From positions 43,413 through 107,412 of IMG/VR virus record IMGVR_UViG_3300048854_000273: 64,000 bases of DNA; one strand, given 5' to 3'. Position numbers and translations under genes: made by a program. The first letter of the stretch is position 1. Every line of letters starts with the position of its first letter. This document shows positions 8,939 to 17,001 of this stretch, piece by piece. Below the pieces are notes generated by a model. It was not told where the DNA came from. It saw nothing but the letters and a program-made list of their open reading frames with translations, and ran no database searches. This DNA comes from a virus (Duplodnaviria; Heunggongvirae; Uroviricota; Caudoviricetes).

Positions 8939-9319
8939 GTGCGTGCGCTGGTCTGTGGAGGTCGCGACTTTGTCGACCAGACATTTTGTAACTGGGCGCT
9001 CGACGCAATTCACTCACGGCGACCCATCACGCTTCTGATGGAGGGCGGAGCCCGCGGCGGCGATCGCTGTGCCCGGAACTGGGCAATCTCCCGCGGCGTC
9101 ACATATCGCACCTTCGACGCGGACTGGACAAGATACCGGCATCGCGCCGGCCCCATCCGAAACCAGCAGATGCTCGATGAAGGCTGCCCCGATCTCACGA
9201 TCGCCTTGCCAGGCGGCAAGGGCACGACCGACATGGTGCTGAAGTCACGGGCGGCTGGCGTAACGGTCAAGACACTCTGGCACCTCTACGAGTCCTATAA
9301 GACCGCAATGATTGCCTGA
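8939..9319 (+). CDS. DUF2493 / SLOG-family (YspA-like) protein
   Basis: MRALVCGGRDF...GGARGGDRCARNWA...GPIRNQQML...ALPGGKGTTDMV matches the DUF2493 pattern (from memory). Confidence 0.55.
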   Translation: MRALVCGGRDFVDQTFCNWALDAIHSRRPITLLMEGGARGGDRCARNWAISRGVTYRTFDADWTRYRHRAGPIRNQQMLDEGCPDLTIALPGGKGTTDMVLKSRAAGVTVKTLWHLYESYKTAMIA

Positions 9320-9354
9320 CCGACGTATCCTAGAGCGACACACAGGAGGTCGCC

Positions 9355-9549
9355 ATGATGAACGACAAGGAGTGGCAGGAAAAGGTCGTCGAGCGCGCGG
9401 AGACGTTCTGCCCGGAGTGTGGCTCGACGAACCTGACGATGGGGGCCTGTGCGATCGGCGCATGGACGGTCCACCAGGAATACGTCTGCAACGCCTGCCA
9501 GTTCGAATTCAAGGCGCTGTTCGGTCTGATCGGCGCCTACCCCACCTGA
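9355..9549 (+). CDS. small zinc-ribbon protein
   Basis: CPECGS...CNACQFEF. Confidence 0.45.
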   Translation: MMNDKEWQEKVVERAETFCPECGSTNLTMGACAIGAWTVHQEYVCNACQFEFKALFGLIGAYPT

Positions 9550-9550
9550 C

Positions 9551-9995
9551 TCAGAACTGCTCGTTCAGAAACGGCGCGAAGTGGTTCTGCACGTCCGTGA
9601 TGCGATTAAAGCACGGCCAGTATGCCTGGCCCTGCCCGCCTGACGATGACGCATACATGCCCCGGCACACGCCTTCGAGGGTAATCGTCGCGCCTGCCCC
9701 TGCATCGAGGTAGGTCGCGCGGAACGACGCCTCGCCGGTATGTGCGGGCAGATAGGTCTCGACCGCCGTGTCATCGGAGCGGCGCACCCGCATATCCGAG
9801 TTCTGTTCGACAAAGACCTTTGTGAGGCGCCACGTCTTCGCACACGCCGCTGCATCGGTGCAGGTGATGGTTGCCCGCTTCTGGATCACGGCAAGCGCCT
9901 GCTCGGCGTCGGTGTAATCCTTCTCTGTTTTGGCTTGCTCCGCCGGCGACGCGCAGCCTATGAGTGCGAGCGCAGCGAGCCCGATGACGATGGTC
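9551..9995 (-). CDS. lipoprotein (148 aa)
   Basis: MKATIVIGLAALALIGCASP signal peptide with LIGC lipobox; start taken at internal Met. Confidence 0.55.
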
Positions 9996-10153
9996 GCTTT
10001 CATGGTGTCGTTCTCCCCCGTTTTTGACGGTCGGATTATAGACAGCCTCAGCGCCGAAATGGGCAAGGTGTAAGGATTGCCCAACACCTACCCAACTATG
10101 GGGCGCGAGCGATTCGGGGTGGCTGTCTATATTCATTCGGTTACGACTGAATA

Positions 10154-10658
10154 TGAGGGCAGCATGATCGAAGAATGGCGGGATGTGGTGGGCGCAGCGG
10201 GTCTTTACGAGGTGTCGAACCTTGGGCGAGTGCGGAAGGACGGCGGTCGCGTCATGGCGACTCAGCGGGTCTCCAAAGACGACGCTCATCGACGGGCGCG
10301 CCTGACCATTGCCGATAAGCGCGTGAAGCGACTGGTTCACGTTCTTGTTCTGGAAGCGTTTGTCGGGCCGCGGCCGCTCGGAATGGAAAGTTGTCATGAC
10401 GACGACGACCCCGAAAACAACGCTCTCTCGAACCTGCGATGGGACACCTCGCTCGGGAACAAGCAGGACGCTCAGCGGAACGGTCGCACGGCTCGGGGTG
10501 AGCGCATTGCACAATCAACCCTCACAGAGGCTCAGGTGCGAAAGATCAAGTCGGCGGCCGGCAAGAGCGAGCGTGAACTGGCTCGTGAATTCGGCGTCAC
10601 GCGCGGGGCAATTCAGGGCGTGAAGCGCGGCACCACGTGGGCGTGGCTGGAAGTATAA
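10154..10658 (+). CDS. HNH homing endonuclease (NUMOD4 + HNH + C-terminal HTH)
   Basis: YEVSNLGRVR (NUMOD4), CHDDDDPENNALSNLRWDT (HNH), ...LAREFGVTRGAIQ (HTH); GAGGG RBS. Confidence 0.75.
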
Positions 10659-10986
10659 GGAGAGGGGCTCCTGGGCGGCCTGGATCTGTAAGGATGCGTC
10701 CTGGGGACCGGAAGTTCCACAAGGGAGGGCCATCAGCTCGACCGGGATTTTCTAGGACTTCGACTCTCCCGGTGGACGCGAATCGTCCGCGTCCAGTCAG
10801 CGCACGACAGCGCGCGCTATCGTGTTGTGTGTCGTGCGGTTCGCAATGCGTTTGCAGTCACGCGAGACCGCTTGTAACGCGCTATCGTGCGCATATGAAT
10901 ACAGACACAGCAGACCGCATGCGATCAGCAACAGAGACACGATCAGCAACAAATCGAACATACAACCCTCTCGAATGAGAACTGAG

Positions 10987-11002
10987 CGTTTCACGTGAAA
11001 CA
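10987..11002. promoter_or_regulatory. canonical parS centromere-like site CGTTTCACGTGAAACA
   Basis: 15/16 match to the chromosomal parS consensus TGTTTCACGTGAAACA; perfect 14-bp palindrome GTTTCACGTGAAAC. Confidence 0.6.
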
Positions 11003-11015
11003 CTCAGTTTTGACT
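11002..11015 (+). promoter_or_regulatory. motif ACTCAGTTTTGACT abutting parS
   Basis: read directly. Confidence 0.55.
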
Positions 11016-11023
11016 ATCTCTAG

Positions 11024-11770
11024 TTACACAGAAAAGAGCGCTTGCACTTTCTTAGCTGCGTTCGACTCAGTGAGCGTGATTGAGTCGTCTTTACGACCCT
11101 TCACGACGTTGCAAATGTTCATAAAGCGCAACATTTGACGCGTGCTAGATGCTTGCGTGCTTGCGGTTGACGGTTCGCACATTTTGAAGCTGCGCACCGC
11201 TTCGGTTTGCATATCTTCACTAAAGACAACTTTATTTGAGAGCGAGATTTGCGAACCGCGATTAGACAGCGCTTGCAACTTCGTCAGATTACGCAGAATA
11301 GCGACCGTGTAACCGTCAAATACTGACGTCATACCGCATGCGAGAGCAAACACCGCTTTACGGATCTTTTGCGCTGCATAGATAGCGATGTAGTCGTGTG
11401 CGCGTGCATCGCTAATGGCGTATTGGCGCGACAGCGCTTCAAAGTCAATTTCAAGCTCAATGCAACGCTCAATAGCGATCAGAGCATTACGACCGCTCAA
11501 AGCGCTCAATTCAGCGTTCATGTTCTTTTTGAAGTTATCGGACGGTGCATTCACAATGCGCGTTTTGATCGATTCGAGAATCAGCGTTTGCATGCGAACC
11601 GCTTTATCTGCATTCGATTCAGTTTGAACCGGTGCAGCGCTTTCAATCGTCGTTTCGACTGCGAGCGCTTCAACCGTTTGCACTTCGTCTCGCGTGAGCG
11701 TTTCGACAGCTTGAACCGGTGCGTTCTTACGTGCGCGCTTTGCTTTCGTGACGTTTGCTTGTGCGTTCAT
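11024..11770 (-). CDS. hypothetical protein (248 aa) in a low-GC island
   Basis: ORF with distinctly lower GC than neighbours; flanked by parS (10987) and a half-parS TGTTTCACGTG (11783-11793). Confidence 0.5.
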   Translation of the reverse strand: MNAQANVTKAKRARKNAPVQAVETLTRDEVQTVEALAVETTIESAAPVQTESNADKAVRMQTLILESIKTRIVNAPSDNFKKNMNAELSALSGRNALIAIERCIELEIDFEALSRQYAISDARAHDYIAIYAAQKIRKAVFALACGMTSVFDGYTVAILRNLTKLQALSNRGSQISLSNKVVFSEDMQTEAVRSFKMCEPSTASTQASSTRQMLRFMNICNVVKGRKDDSITLTESNAAKKVQALFSV

Positions 11771-11800
11771 TTTTCGACTCTCAAAGTGTGTTGTGTTTCA

Positions 11801-11814
11801 CGTGTCAGACAGTC
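11801..11814 (+). promoter_or_regulatory. motif AGTCAGTTTTTACT
   Basis: 30 nt upstream of 11024..11770 start; preceded by half-parS. Confidence 0.55.
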
Positions 11815-11982
11815 AGTTTTTACTGTCTGTCTCGCTACAACGTTGCAGCGAGTAGAGACAGTATGACGACATATGAAACACATGTAAATATCTTTCGCAC
11901 GTATTTTCTAGAGTCGTTACTGGAGTTGTTTTTGCGCGGAACCGCTTGCAGGGCCGCTCGGGCGGGTGTAGTGGCGAGGGCT

Positions 11983-12058
11983 GGATGAGGACGCTCCTCA
12001 GTCAGGCGGGTGGATGAGGATGATCCTTGTCCTAGGGCGTGGATGAGGACGCTCCTCA
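11983..12058 (+). repeat. three direct repeats GGATGAGGA(CGCTCCTCA) at 11983, 12012, 12041 (exact 29-bp period)
   Basis: read directly; non-coding stretch that also contains CCTAGG x3. Confidence 0.6.
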
Positions 12059-12182
12059 CCCTGAGCCGCCCTAGGCCACGCCACGACCTCGGGTAACGGC
12101 CTAGGAGCTTCCCCAAGGGCGGCCTTAAAAATCCCGAAAGCGTGTCGGCGGCCTCTCCCGTTCCGACACCCTGGCCCTACCC

Positions 12183-12368
12183 TCAATACGCCTCCATCAC
12201 ACCCAGACGGCCGTTGGTGCGGATCTGGGCACGCAGGTGGTTGATCTCGGCCTCCTCCTGCTGCATCTCCAGCCAGTCGATCAACTGGTGCGGCTTCATT
12301 CCGCGGTATTGGGTGATCGACGGCTCGGCAGCTTCAGTGTGGATTTCGACAGGGCGGAGGTTCATGGT
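12183..12368 (-). CDS. small hypothetical protein (~61 aa)
   Basis: MRTTMNLRPVEIHTEAAEPSITQYRGMKPHQLIDWLEMQQEEAEINHLRAQIR; motif 11 nt upstream. Confidence 0.35.
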   Translation of the reverse strand, partial: TMNLRPVEIHTEAAEPSITQYRGMKPHQLIDWLEMQQEEAEINHLRAQIRTNGRLGVMEAY

Positions 12369-12379
12369 AGTTCTCATTT

Positions 12380-12393
12380 CAGGGTTTAAGTCA
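12380..12393 (+). promoter_or_regulatory. motif AGTCAGTTTTGACT
   Basis: 11 nt upstream of ATG 12368. Confidence 0.6.
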
Positions 12394-12554
12394 GTTTTGA
12401 CTGTATGTGGTGATACGGAATTAACGGGTAGCCATGCGGAAGATGCCGTAGGCCGTCTTGTAGGCTTCGCGGGGCGAAGCACCGGCCCGGCGAGCTCCGA
12501 GATACGCGTCACGCTCGATGGGTCGCAGCGAGCGAAAGGCAGCAGCAAGGGCGC

Positions 12555-12714
12555 TCATGCGTGCTCTCCCGGTGTGCGGTGTGCGTCACCCTGCACCCGT
12601 TTGATGACCCAGAGCAGCCCGTCGATTGCCTTGACCCAGGCGAAGGTGATCACGGCACCGGCGAGGATGACGAGAAGGAACGCGCAGATCCACTGCAGGA
12701 GGTCTTCGTTGTTC
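12555..12714 (-). CDS. small membrane protein (~53 aa)
   Basis: MNNEDLLQWICAFLLVILAGAVITFAWVKAIDGLLWVIKRV. Confidence 0.35.
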
Positions 12715-12735
12715 ATGGCGTGTGTTTCGCTGTTG

Positions 12736-12781
12736 TGTGAGCGATCAGTATCTCGACCGCTCACAGGGCTTGTGGTGGGTA
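12736..12781 (-). promoter_or_regulatory. hairpin TGTGAGCG-n14-CGCTCACA followed by CAGGGCTTGTGGTGGGTA (copy 1 of paired element)
   Basis: 8-bp perfect inverted repeat immediately 3' of the stop of 12783..13124. Confidence 0.5.
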
Positions 12782-12782
12782 G

Positions 12783-13124
12783 TTAAGCGGCGCTCAGTTC
12801 GGGGATCAGCATCGGCAGGCTGGTGACGCACTCGGGGTCGCATTGCAGGGCAAACGCGTCGGCAAGGGGCACACCGCGGCGACGAAAGGCGTTCAACGTG
12901 GCACTGACGCAGGCTTCGAGGTGCTGGGCATCGCGGTAGCGATCACAGACGGGCATAAAGGACTCGACCGTGAGGGCGCTACCGTCAAGCGTGAGCTTTC
13001 CAATGCGCTGGCCCTGCGCGTCATTGACGACGAGCACACAGGCACCGTTCGTGCGCTGATGCAGGCGGTAAAGACGGGTGCGGTGAGTGCGGTAGGCTGC
13101 GCGCTGTGCGGGGGTCGTTGTCAT
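12783..13124 (-). CDS. hypothetical protein (113 aa)
   Basis: ORF with coding-like composition. Confidence 0.45.
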   Translation of the reverse strand: MTTTPAQRAAYRTHRTRLYRLHQRTNGACVLVVNDAQGQRIGKLTLDGSALTVESFMPVCDRYRDAQHLEACVSATLNAFRRRGVPLADAFALQCDPECVTSLPMLIPELSAA

Positions 13125-13148
13125 CGTGTGTCTGCGTCGTTTGTTAAG

Positions 13149-13192
13149 TGAGATTGCAGTGTCGCAATCTCATACAGGGCATGTGGTGGGTA
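13149..13192 (-). promoter_or_regulatory. hairpin TGAGATTGC-n6-GCAATCTCA followed by CAGGGCATGTGGTGGGTA (copy 2 of paired element)
   Basis: 9-bp perfect inverted repeat immediately 3' of the stop of 13205..13399; 18-mer 17/18 identical to copy 1. Confidence 0.5.
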
Positions 13193-13204
13193 TCGGCTCG
13201 GCTC

Positions 13205-13399
13205 TCAGGCGAGGGCGTGCAACTGGACTTCGTAGCTGCGGCCGATCATGGCGACCGGGTCGTCGACGTCGGCTTCGAGCGGGATCAGGACGGCGGGGAT
13301 CGCAGCTTCGGAAGGCAGGTCAGCGGGGAACGGGTAGGTCACGTCGCACACGAAGGTGTCGGTGGAGATGTCGTAGTCTTTGATCTTGATGGTCAGCAT
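13205..13399 (-). CDS. small hypothetical protein (64 aa)
   Basis: ORF; motif 13441-13454 lies 41 nt upstream. Confidence 0.4.
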   Translation of the reverse strand: MLTIKIKDYDISTDTFVCDVTYPFPADLPSEAAIPAVLIPLEADVDDPVAMIGRSYEVQLHALA

Positions 13400-13440
13400 T
13401 TCTGTTCTCGGTTGCGTCGCACGTCGCGACAGACATCATT

Positions 13441-13454
13441 ATTCAGTTTTGACT
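13441..13454 (+). promoter_or_regulatory. motif ATTCAGTTTTGACT
   Basis: 41 nt upstream of ATG 13399. Confidence 0.5.
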
Positions 13455-13499
13455 GTGGCTTTACTGTGGGAATCGGCTCGGCGTTTCCCTAGCTCCCTC

Positions 13500-13730
13500 T
13501 CCGTCGGCCTAGGACGATCCCCTTGGCCAGCTCCTGCATTCCCTCACCCTGACACCCGAGCCGGCCTAGGCTCATCACCAAAGGGCGGCCTAGGTCACCT
13601 CCCGATCCGCCCTCGGAAACGTCATAAGGGTGTCGGCCGCGGCTCCCGTTGCCTTGGTGCTCGGCCTAGGGCGAACCCCGTGGAGTCTTCTGAAACTTGG
13701 GTAGGTGTGTCGGCGACGGCGCCCGTTCTT
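13500..13730. repeat. non-coding repeat cluster: CGGCCTAGG x4 (13508, 13565, 13589, 13665) plus GTGTCGGC..CTCCCGTT x2 (13630-13650, 13707-13727)
   Basis: read directly; no convincing ORF. Confidence 0.55.
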
Positions 13731-14016
13731 ATACTTCCCATACAGCTACAATTCGACTAATGAAGGGGTTGGGTTGAAGCTCAGCGCAGATGTAATGGAA
13801 GCAACGATCATCAGTAGCTAGGCTCTCAACTCCAGTGGCCCCTCACTGTCTCCAGGCTCATCACCCGTCAACCCTTTCTCGCTACGTTCATGCCTTCCGT
13901 TCTGTCCGTCAGGCAACCGGCCCCCTTCAATGCCGGCATCGCTTCTGTCCTGTTTTCTTCCCGACGACCCAGGCAGGGGTCTCATAGTCTTGGAGCGGGG
14001 AGTGCTCTTGCAGCGG

Positions 14017-14030
14017 TAGGGATCATACTC
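14017..14030 (+). promoter_or_regulatory. motif ACTCAGTTTTGACT
   Basis: in the non-coding region 13760-14190. Confidence 0.5.
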
Positions 14031-14195
14031 AGTTTTGACTGTTGTCGTCAATGCAGGTTGGGAGGCAATGTGTAAGTGTTGGCGGGCGCGCAACGATTTT
14101 CGTCGCTGTATAGCTATACCGCCTCCCCTCTCCCCGCACCTTTACGTCTTATCCTTTCCATACCGTAAGCCGCACCCCTTGCCGGAGCCACTGCT

Positions 14196-14540
14196 ATGGA
14201 CTGGATATACATCTCCTACGTCGTCATGATCGCCGGCTTACTGGGGCTGATCTGGTCTACGTGGCAGCGTAGGGTGCGCTTTGCGGTTTATCACAGCATT
14301 CCTCCCCACCCGAATAAGGTGCCCAAGTCAGATGAGCTTGCCGATCTGAAACCCGAGCTGGCGGGGTCGCCTACTGTCGGGGATCGCGGAACAATTGCGA
14401 TGAGGATCTTCCTGACGGTCCTGGTAGCCATCGCCGCTCTCTACGGTATCTTCCTCGCCCACGATAGTGACCCTGCTGTAAAGGAATGGTCCTTCGGGGC
14501 TATCGGCACTCTGCTCGGCTTCTGGCTTAGACGGGATTGA
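14196..14540 (+). CDS. membrane protein (114 aa)
   Basis: two or three hydrophobic segments, high GC3. Confidence 0.4.
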   Translation: MDWIYISYVVMIAGLLGLIWSTWQRRVRFAVYHSIPPHPNKVPKSDELADLKPELAGSPTVGDRGTIAMRIFLTVLVAIAALYGIFLAHDSDPAVKEWSFGAIGTLLGFWLRRD

Positions 14541-14544
14541 GCGC

Positions 14545-14805
14545 TTACCAGCTCCCCTCACACCCTGTGGGTTCGTCCAGCCCCGGATCGAGGTATCTGA
14601 TCAGGCTGAAGTCGAATGGCTCGAACCCTGTGCCGATGATCATCTCGTCTGTCCAGTCTCGGTTCTCCAGTCCAGTGCCCCTGCGAAAGTCTCGGTCCCT
14701 TACCCAGCCTTCTGCCCAGTCCTTCCCTCTGCGGCTCCACTGGATCTCGAACCACTCAGCATTCTTGCGGCCGGTAACGCGGATCTTCACTGTGTTGCCC
14801 ATCAC
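14545..14805 (-). CDS. hypothetical protein (86 aa), C-terminus ...CEGSW
   Basis: ORF; ATGA overlap with the upstream gene. Confidence 0.45.
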   Translation of the reverse strand: MMGNTVKIRVTGRKNAEWFEIQWSRRGKDWAEGWVRDRDFRRGTGLENRDWTDEMIIGTGFEPFDFSLIRYLDPGLDEPTGCEGSW

Positions 14806-15047
14806 CAGGTCTCGCCGGCTGACTGCGGAATGTCCTTCGCGCCTGACTTGATCAATACGGCTCGGGAGACGTCGCTCATCCGGTGCCGGGTTCGACCTTC
14901 CATACTGTCGTCGCGGGAGCCTACGCGGACGTGGAATCCCTCGATCCGCATTTCTTCGCCTTCGGTGGTGTCGGGGTCGCCGTCGTATGCCATGACGATG
15001 TATTCGTCCTCGTTGCTGTCGTAACCGATGATCTCGATTGTTGCCAT
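14802..15047 (-). CDS. hypothetical acidic protein (81 aa), C-terminus ...AGETW
   Basis: ORF. Confidence 0.45.
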   Translation of the reverse strand: MATIEIIGYDSNEDEYIVMAYDGDPDTTEGEEMRIEGFHVRVGSRDDSMEGRTRHRMSDVSRAVLIKSGAKDIPQSAGETW

Positions 15048-15392
15048 TGGATTGCTCTCGCTATGTGTTGTCTGATTCTCTCGCGCGACTCATGGAATGT
15101 CTTCGGGGACCGGGATGGCTTCGACGCGTTTAAAGACGTTTTGAGCGGTCGGGCTCTTTAGATGCGCAGAGTCACGTCGAGCGTCTTTGTCGCGGTTTCT
15201 GACGCGTTCTAGACGGTTCCTGACGTGCTTTGTCTTGTTCGGTTCAGTGCTGCGATGCTTACTCAACCGGGCGTTGAGGTAGCTTATACATCGGGGCGGG
15301 TTGGCCTTATAGGGCGAGCCACGGTTTGTTGTTTACATTCAAAGACTTAGATCGTGCGGCCTAGGGCTCACGCCTTGGACGGCTAATTCAAC

Positions 15393-15415
15393 AAAAAGGC
15401 GCCATTTCTGGCGCC
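15393..15415 (-). terminator. rho-independent terminator GGCGCCA-tttc-TGGCGCC plus U5 (minus strand) after mazF
   Basis: perfect 7-bp stem; A5 on the plus strand precedes the stem. Confidence 0.6.
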
Positions 15416-15422
15416 CTTCGAA

Positions 15423-15761
15423 TCACAGATCGAGGATCATTTTCACCGCAAATTTAGCGGCATCAAGTTCTTCCTCTGTAGCCCGCTCCCCGTTGAACTT
15501 GAACTCCCTCGCCTTGAAGGAAAGCGTGGTTATCTGGTCGACAAGGGCAACGCCTGGACGTGCGAGACTGGACAGCGGAATCTCCGTCTCCCACCCGCGC
15601 ACCGTGGAGGTGATTGGCAGCCCAATGATCCGGCCGGTCAGTTCGTTTATGTCCTGCGGACTGAGCACTACAACGGCTCGATACCCGTCCTGTTCGTTAC
15701 CCTTGCTCGGCCCGATGTAGAGCCGAATAATGTCGCCAGCTTCCGGTATTCCGTTTTGCAT
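15423..15761 (-). CDS. mazF: MazF/PemK-family endoribonuclease toxin
   Basis: GDIIRLYIGPSKGNEQDGYRAVVVLSP...GVALVDQITTLSFKAR aligns with E. coli MazF (DLIWVDFDPTKGSEQAGHRPAVVLSP...GVALADQVKSIAWRAR). Confidence 0.8.
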   Translation of the reverse strand: MQNGIPEAGDIIRLYIGPSKGNEQDGYRAVVVLSPQDINELTGRIIGLPITSTVRGWETEIPLSSLARPGVALVDQITTLSFKAREFKFNGERATEEELDAAKFAVKMILDL

Positions 15762-15767
15762 TCGTAT

Positions 15768-16055
15768 TTACCATTTGTCGAATCGCGTTGGATCGTCGGA
15801 ACCCCCGAGTTCCGAACCCTGCGGCTCGCCAAAGTCGATCGTCTCATGCGGCACAAGCTGGCGATCACGGAGCTGCTGCAAATACCGCTCGCGTGAGAAC
15901 CTCCTAATTGCCTTGTGCGGACGGATCAATACCTTCCCGTCCTGCACTTCGACGTCTACCTCCTGACCCTCCGAGAACGCCACCTCACCGGCGACGCTCG
16001 CGGGAATCCGAACCGCAAGGCTATTACCCCAACGCTTCAGGGTTTGAATAGCCAT
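15768..16055 (-). CDS. mazE: MazE-type antitoxin (AbrB/SpoVT fold)
   Basis: MAIQTLKRWGNSLAVRIPASVA vs E. coli MazE VKRWGNSPAVRIPATLM; C-terminus DFGEPQ...RFDKW vs DWGEPKDKEVW. Confidence 0.75.
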   Translation of the reverse strand: MAIQTLKRWGNSLAVRIPASVAGEVAFSEGQEVDVEVQDGKVLIRPHKAIRRFSRERYLQQLRDRQLVPHETIDFGEPQGSELGGSDDPTRFDKW

Positions 16056-16166
16056 CAAACTCTCTCCATCAGTGACGCGACCGGGAGGAGCCCGGTTCCC
16101 CTTCGTCTTCGATCCCTCAGCACACACGTAAGGAAGCTACGTGTCATTTTTTTATGTTTATACATC

Positions 16167-16222
16167 GTTGATACAAGACCGATCATATACTTCGTTCGCA
16201 GGCGTGTCAACGTTGTATCAAC
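16167..16222 (-). promoter_or_regulatory. AT-rich mazEF promoter/operator region with inverted repeat GTTGATACAA ... TTGTATCAAC
   Basis: 10-bp arms at 16167-16176 and 16213-16222, upstream of mazE. Confidence 0.45.
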
Positions 16223-16281
16223 ATTGCCCAGGCGCCACCCTTCCCCTAGGCTACCACTGTATATCCATACAGCCCTAAGCC

Positions 16282-16557
16282 ATGCCCCTACCCAACTACT
16301 CCACCCCAACCATCAACGAGTTGCGGGCCTTGTGGCGCCTCCACGACGACCACGACATTCGTCGGCTCATTCTCGAAATCCAGCACCTGCGCGAGGTCCA
16401 GGAGGAAATCGAGTATCTGCGCTCTGTAACCGAGCGCGCGTGGAAGGCTGAGAACCTCGGCACGCTGGTCGCGCTTGAAAAGCTCCGCGTGCTGATGCAG
16501 TCGGAGCGTTCGAGACTGGGCATCCTGTCCGGGTTGCCGCCGACGCCGAAAGAATGA
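16282..16557 (+). CDS. hypothetical coiled-coil protein (91 aa)
   Basis: high GC3, non-repetitive sequence. Confidence 0.4.
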   Translation: MPLPNYSTPTINELRALWRLHDDHDIRRLILEIQHLREVQEEIEYLRSVTERAWKAENLGTLVALEKLRVLMQSERSRLGILSGLPPTPKE

Positions 16558-16558
16558 G

Positions 16559-16828
16559 CTACCACGTGCCGGCGTCCGGGTATCCAGCCGGCAACTCGAT
16601 CCTCTGCCTGGCGGTCGTGTAGAGCGCGTCAGCGACAGTCGAGCGGATTGCCGCGGATTCGCCATCCAGCTCCGCACAGACAAACCGCCGGGTTGCATAC
16701 AGGGACAGCTCCCTGCCTTCGCTGTCGAGCCATGCATTGAAGCGGTCGATCATTTCGTCGGTGATCCCGTCGAACTCGTCCATCACCAGCTCCCCAGGTC
16801 CGGGTAGCGCGGCGGGCGGGGCGGGCAC
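16559..16828 (-). CDS. hypothetical protein, C-terminus ...YPDAGTW
   Basis: ORF; C-terminal tail paralogous to the next gene. Confidence 0.4.
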   Translation of the reverse strand: MPAPPAALPGPGELVMDEFDGITDEMIDRFNAWLDSEGRELSLYATRRFVCAELDGESAAIRSTVADALYTTARQRIELPAGYPDAGTW

Positions 16829-17001
16829 AGCGACGACATGAGGCTGTAGGCCACGTTGTCGATCATCACGTAGCTCTCGCCTTCCATCTGCCTGCGCACA
16901 TAGTCGCGGGCCGCATCCATCACGTTTGCCCGTAGGTGGCGCCGGCGATGCTGCTCATAGCCATCGATCATGCTTTCGGCGATTTCCTCCCATTCAGTCA
17001 T
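16783..17001 (-). CDS. hypothetical protein, C-terminus ...YPDLGSW
   Basis: ORF. Confidence 0.45.
   Translation of the reverse strand: MTEWEEIAESMIDGYEQHRRRHLRANVMDAARDYVRRQMEGESYVMIDNVAYSLMSSLCPPRPPRYPDLGSW

Noticed and set aside
10637-10978. 113-aa Arg/Ser/Pro-rich ORF, and ORF 13818..14093, in non-coding regions
   Set aside because: Low-complexity basic composition and no RBS. These regions contain hairpins and repeats instead.
13480-15420. tRNA genes in the long non-coding stretches
   Set aside because: No cloverleaf-compatible segments and no T-arm GGTTCGAATCC-like sequence were found by eye. This cannot be fully excluded without tRNAscan.
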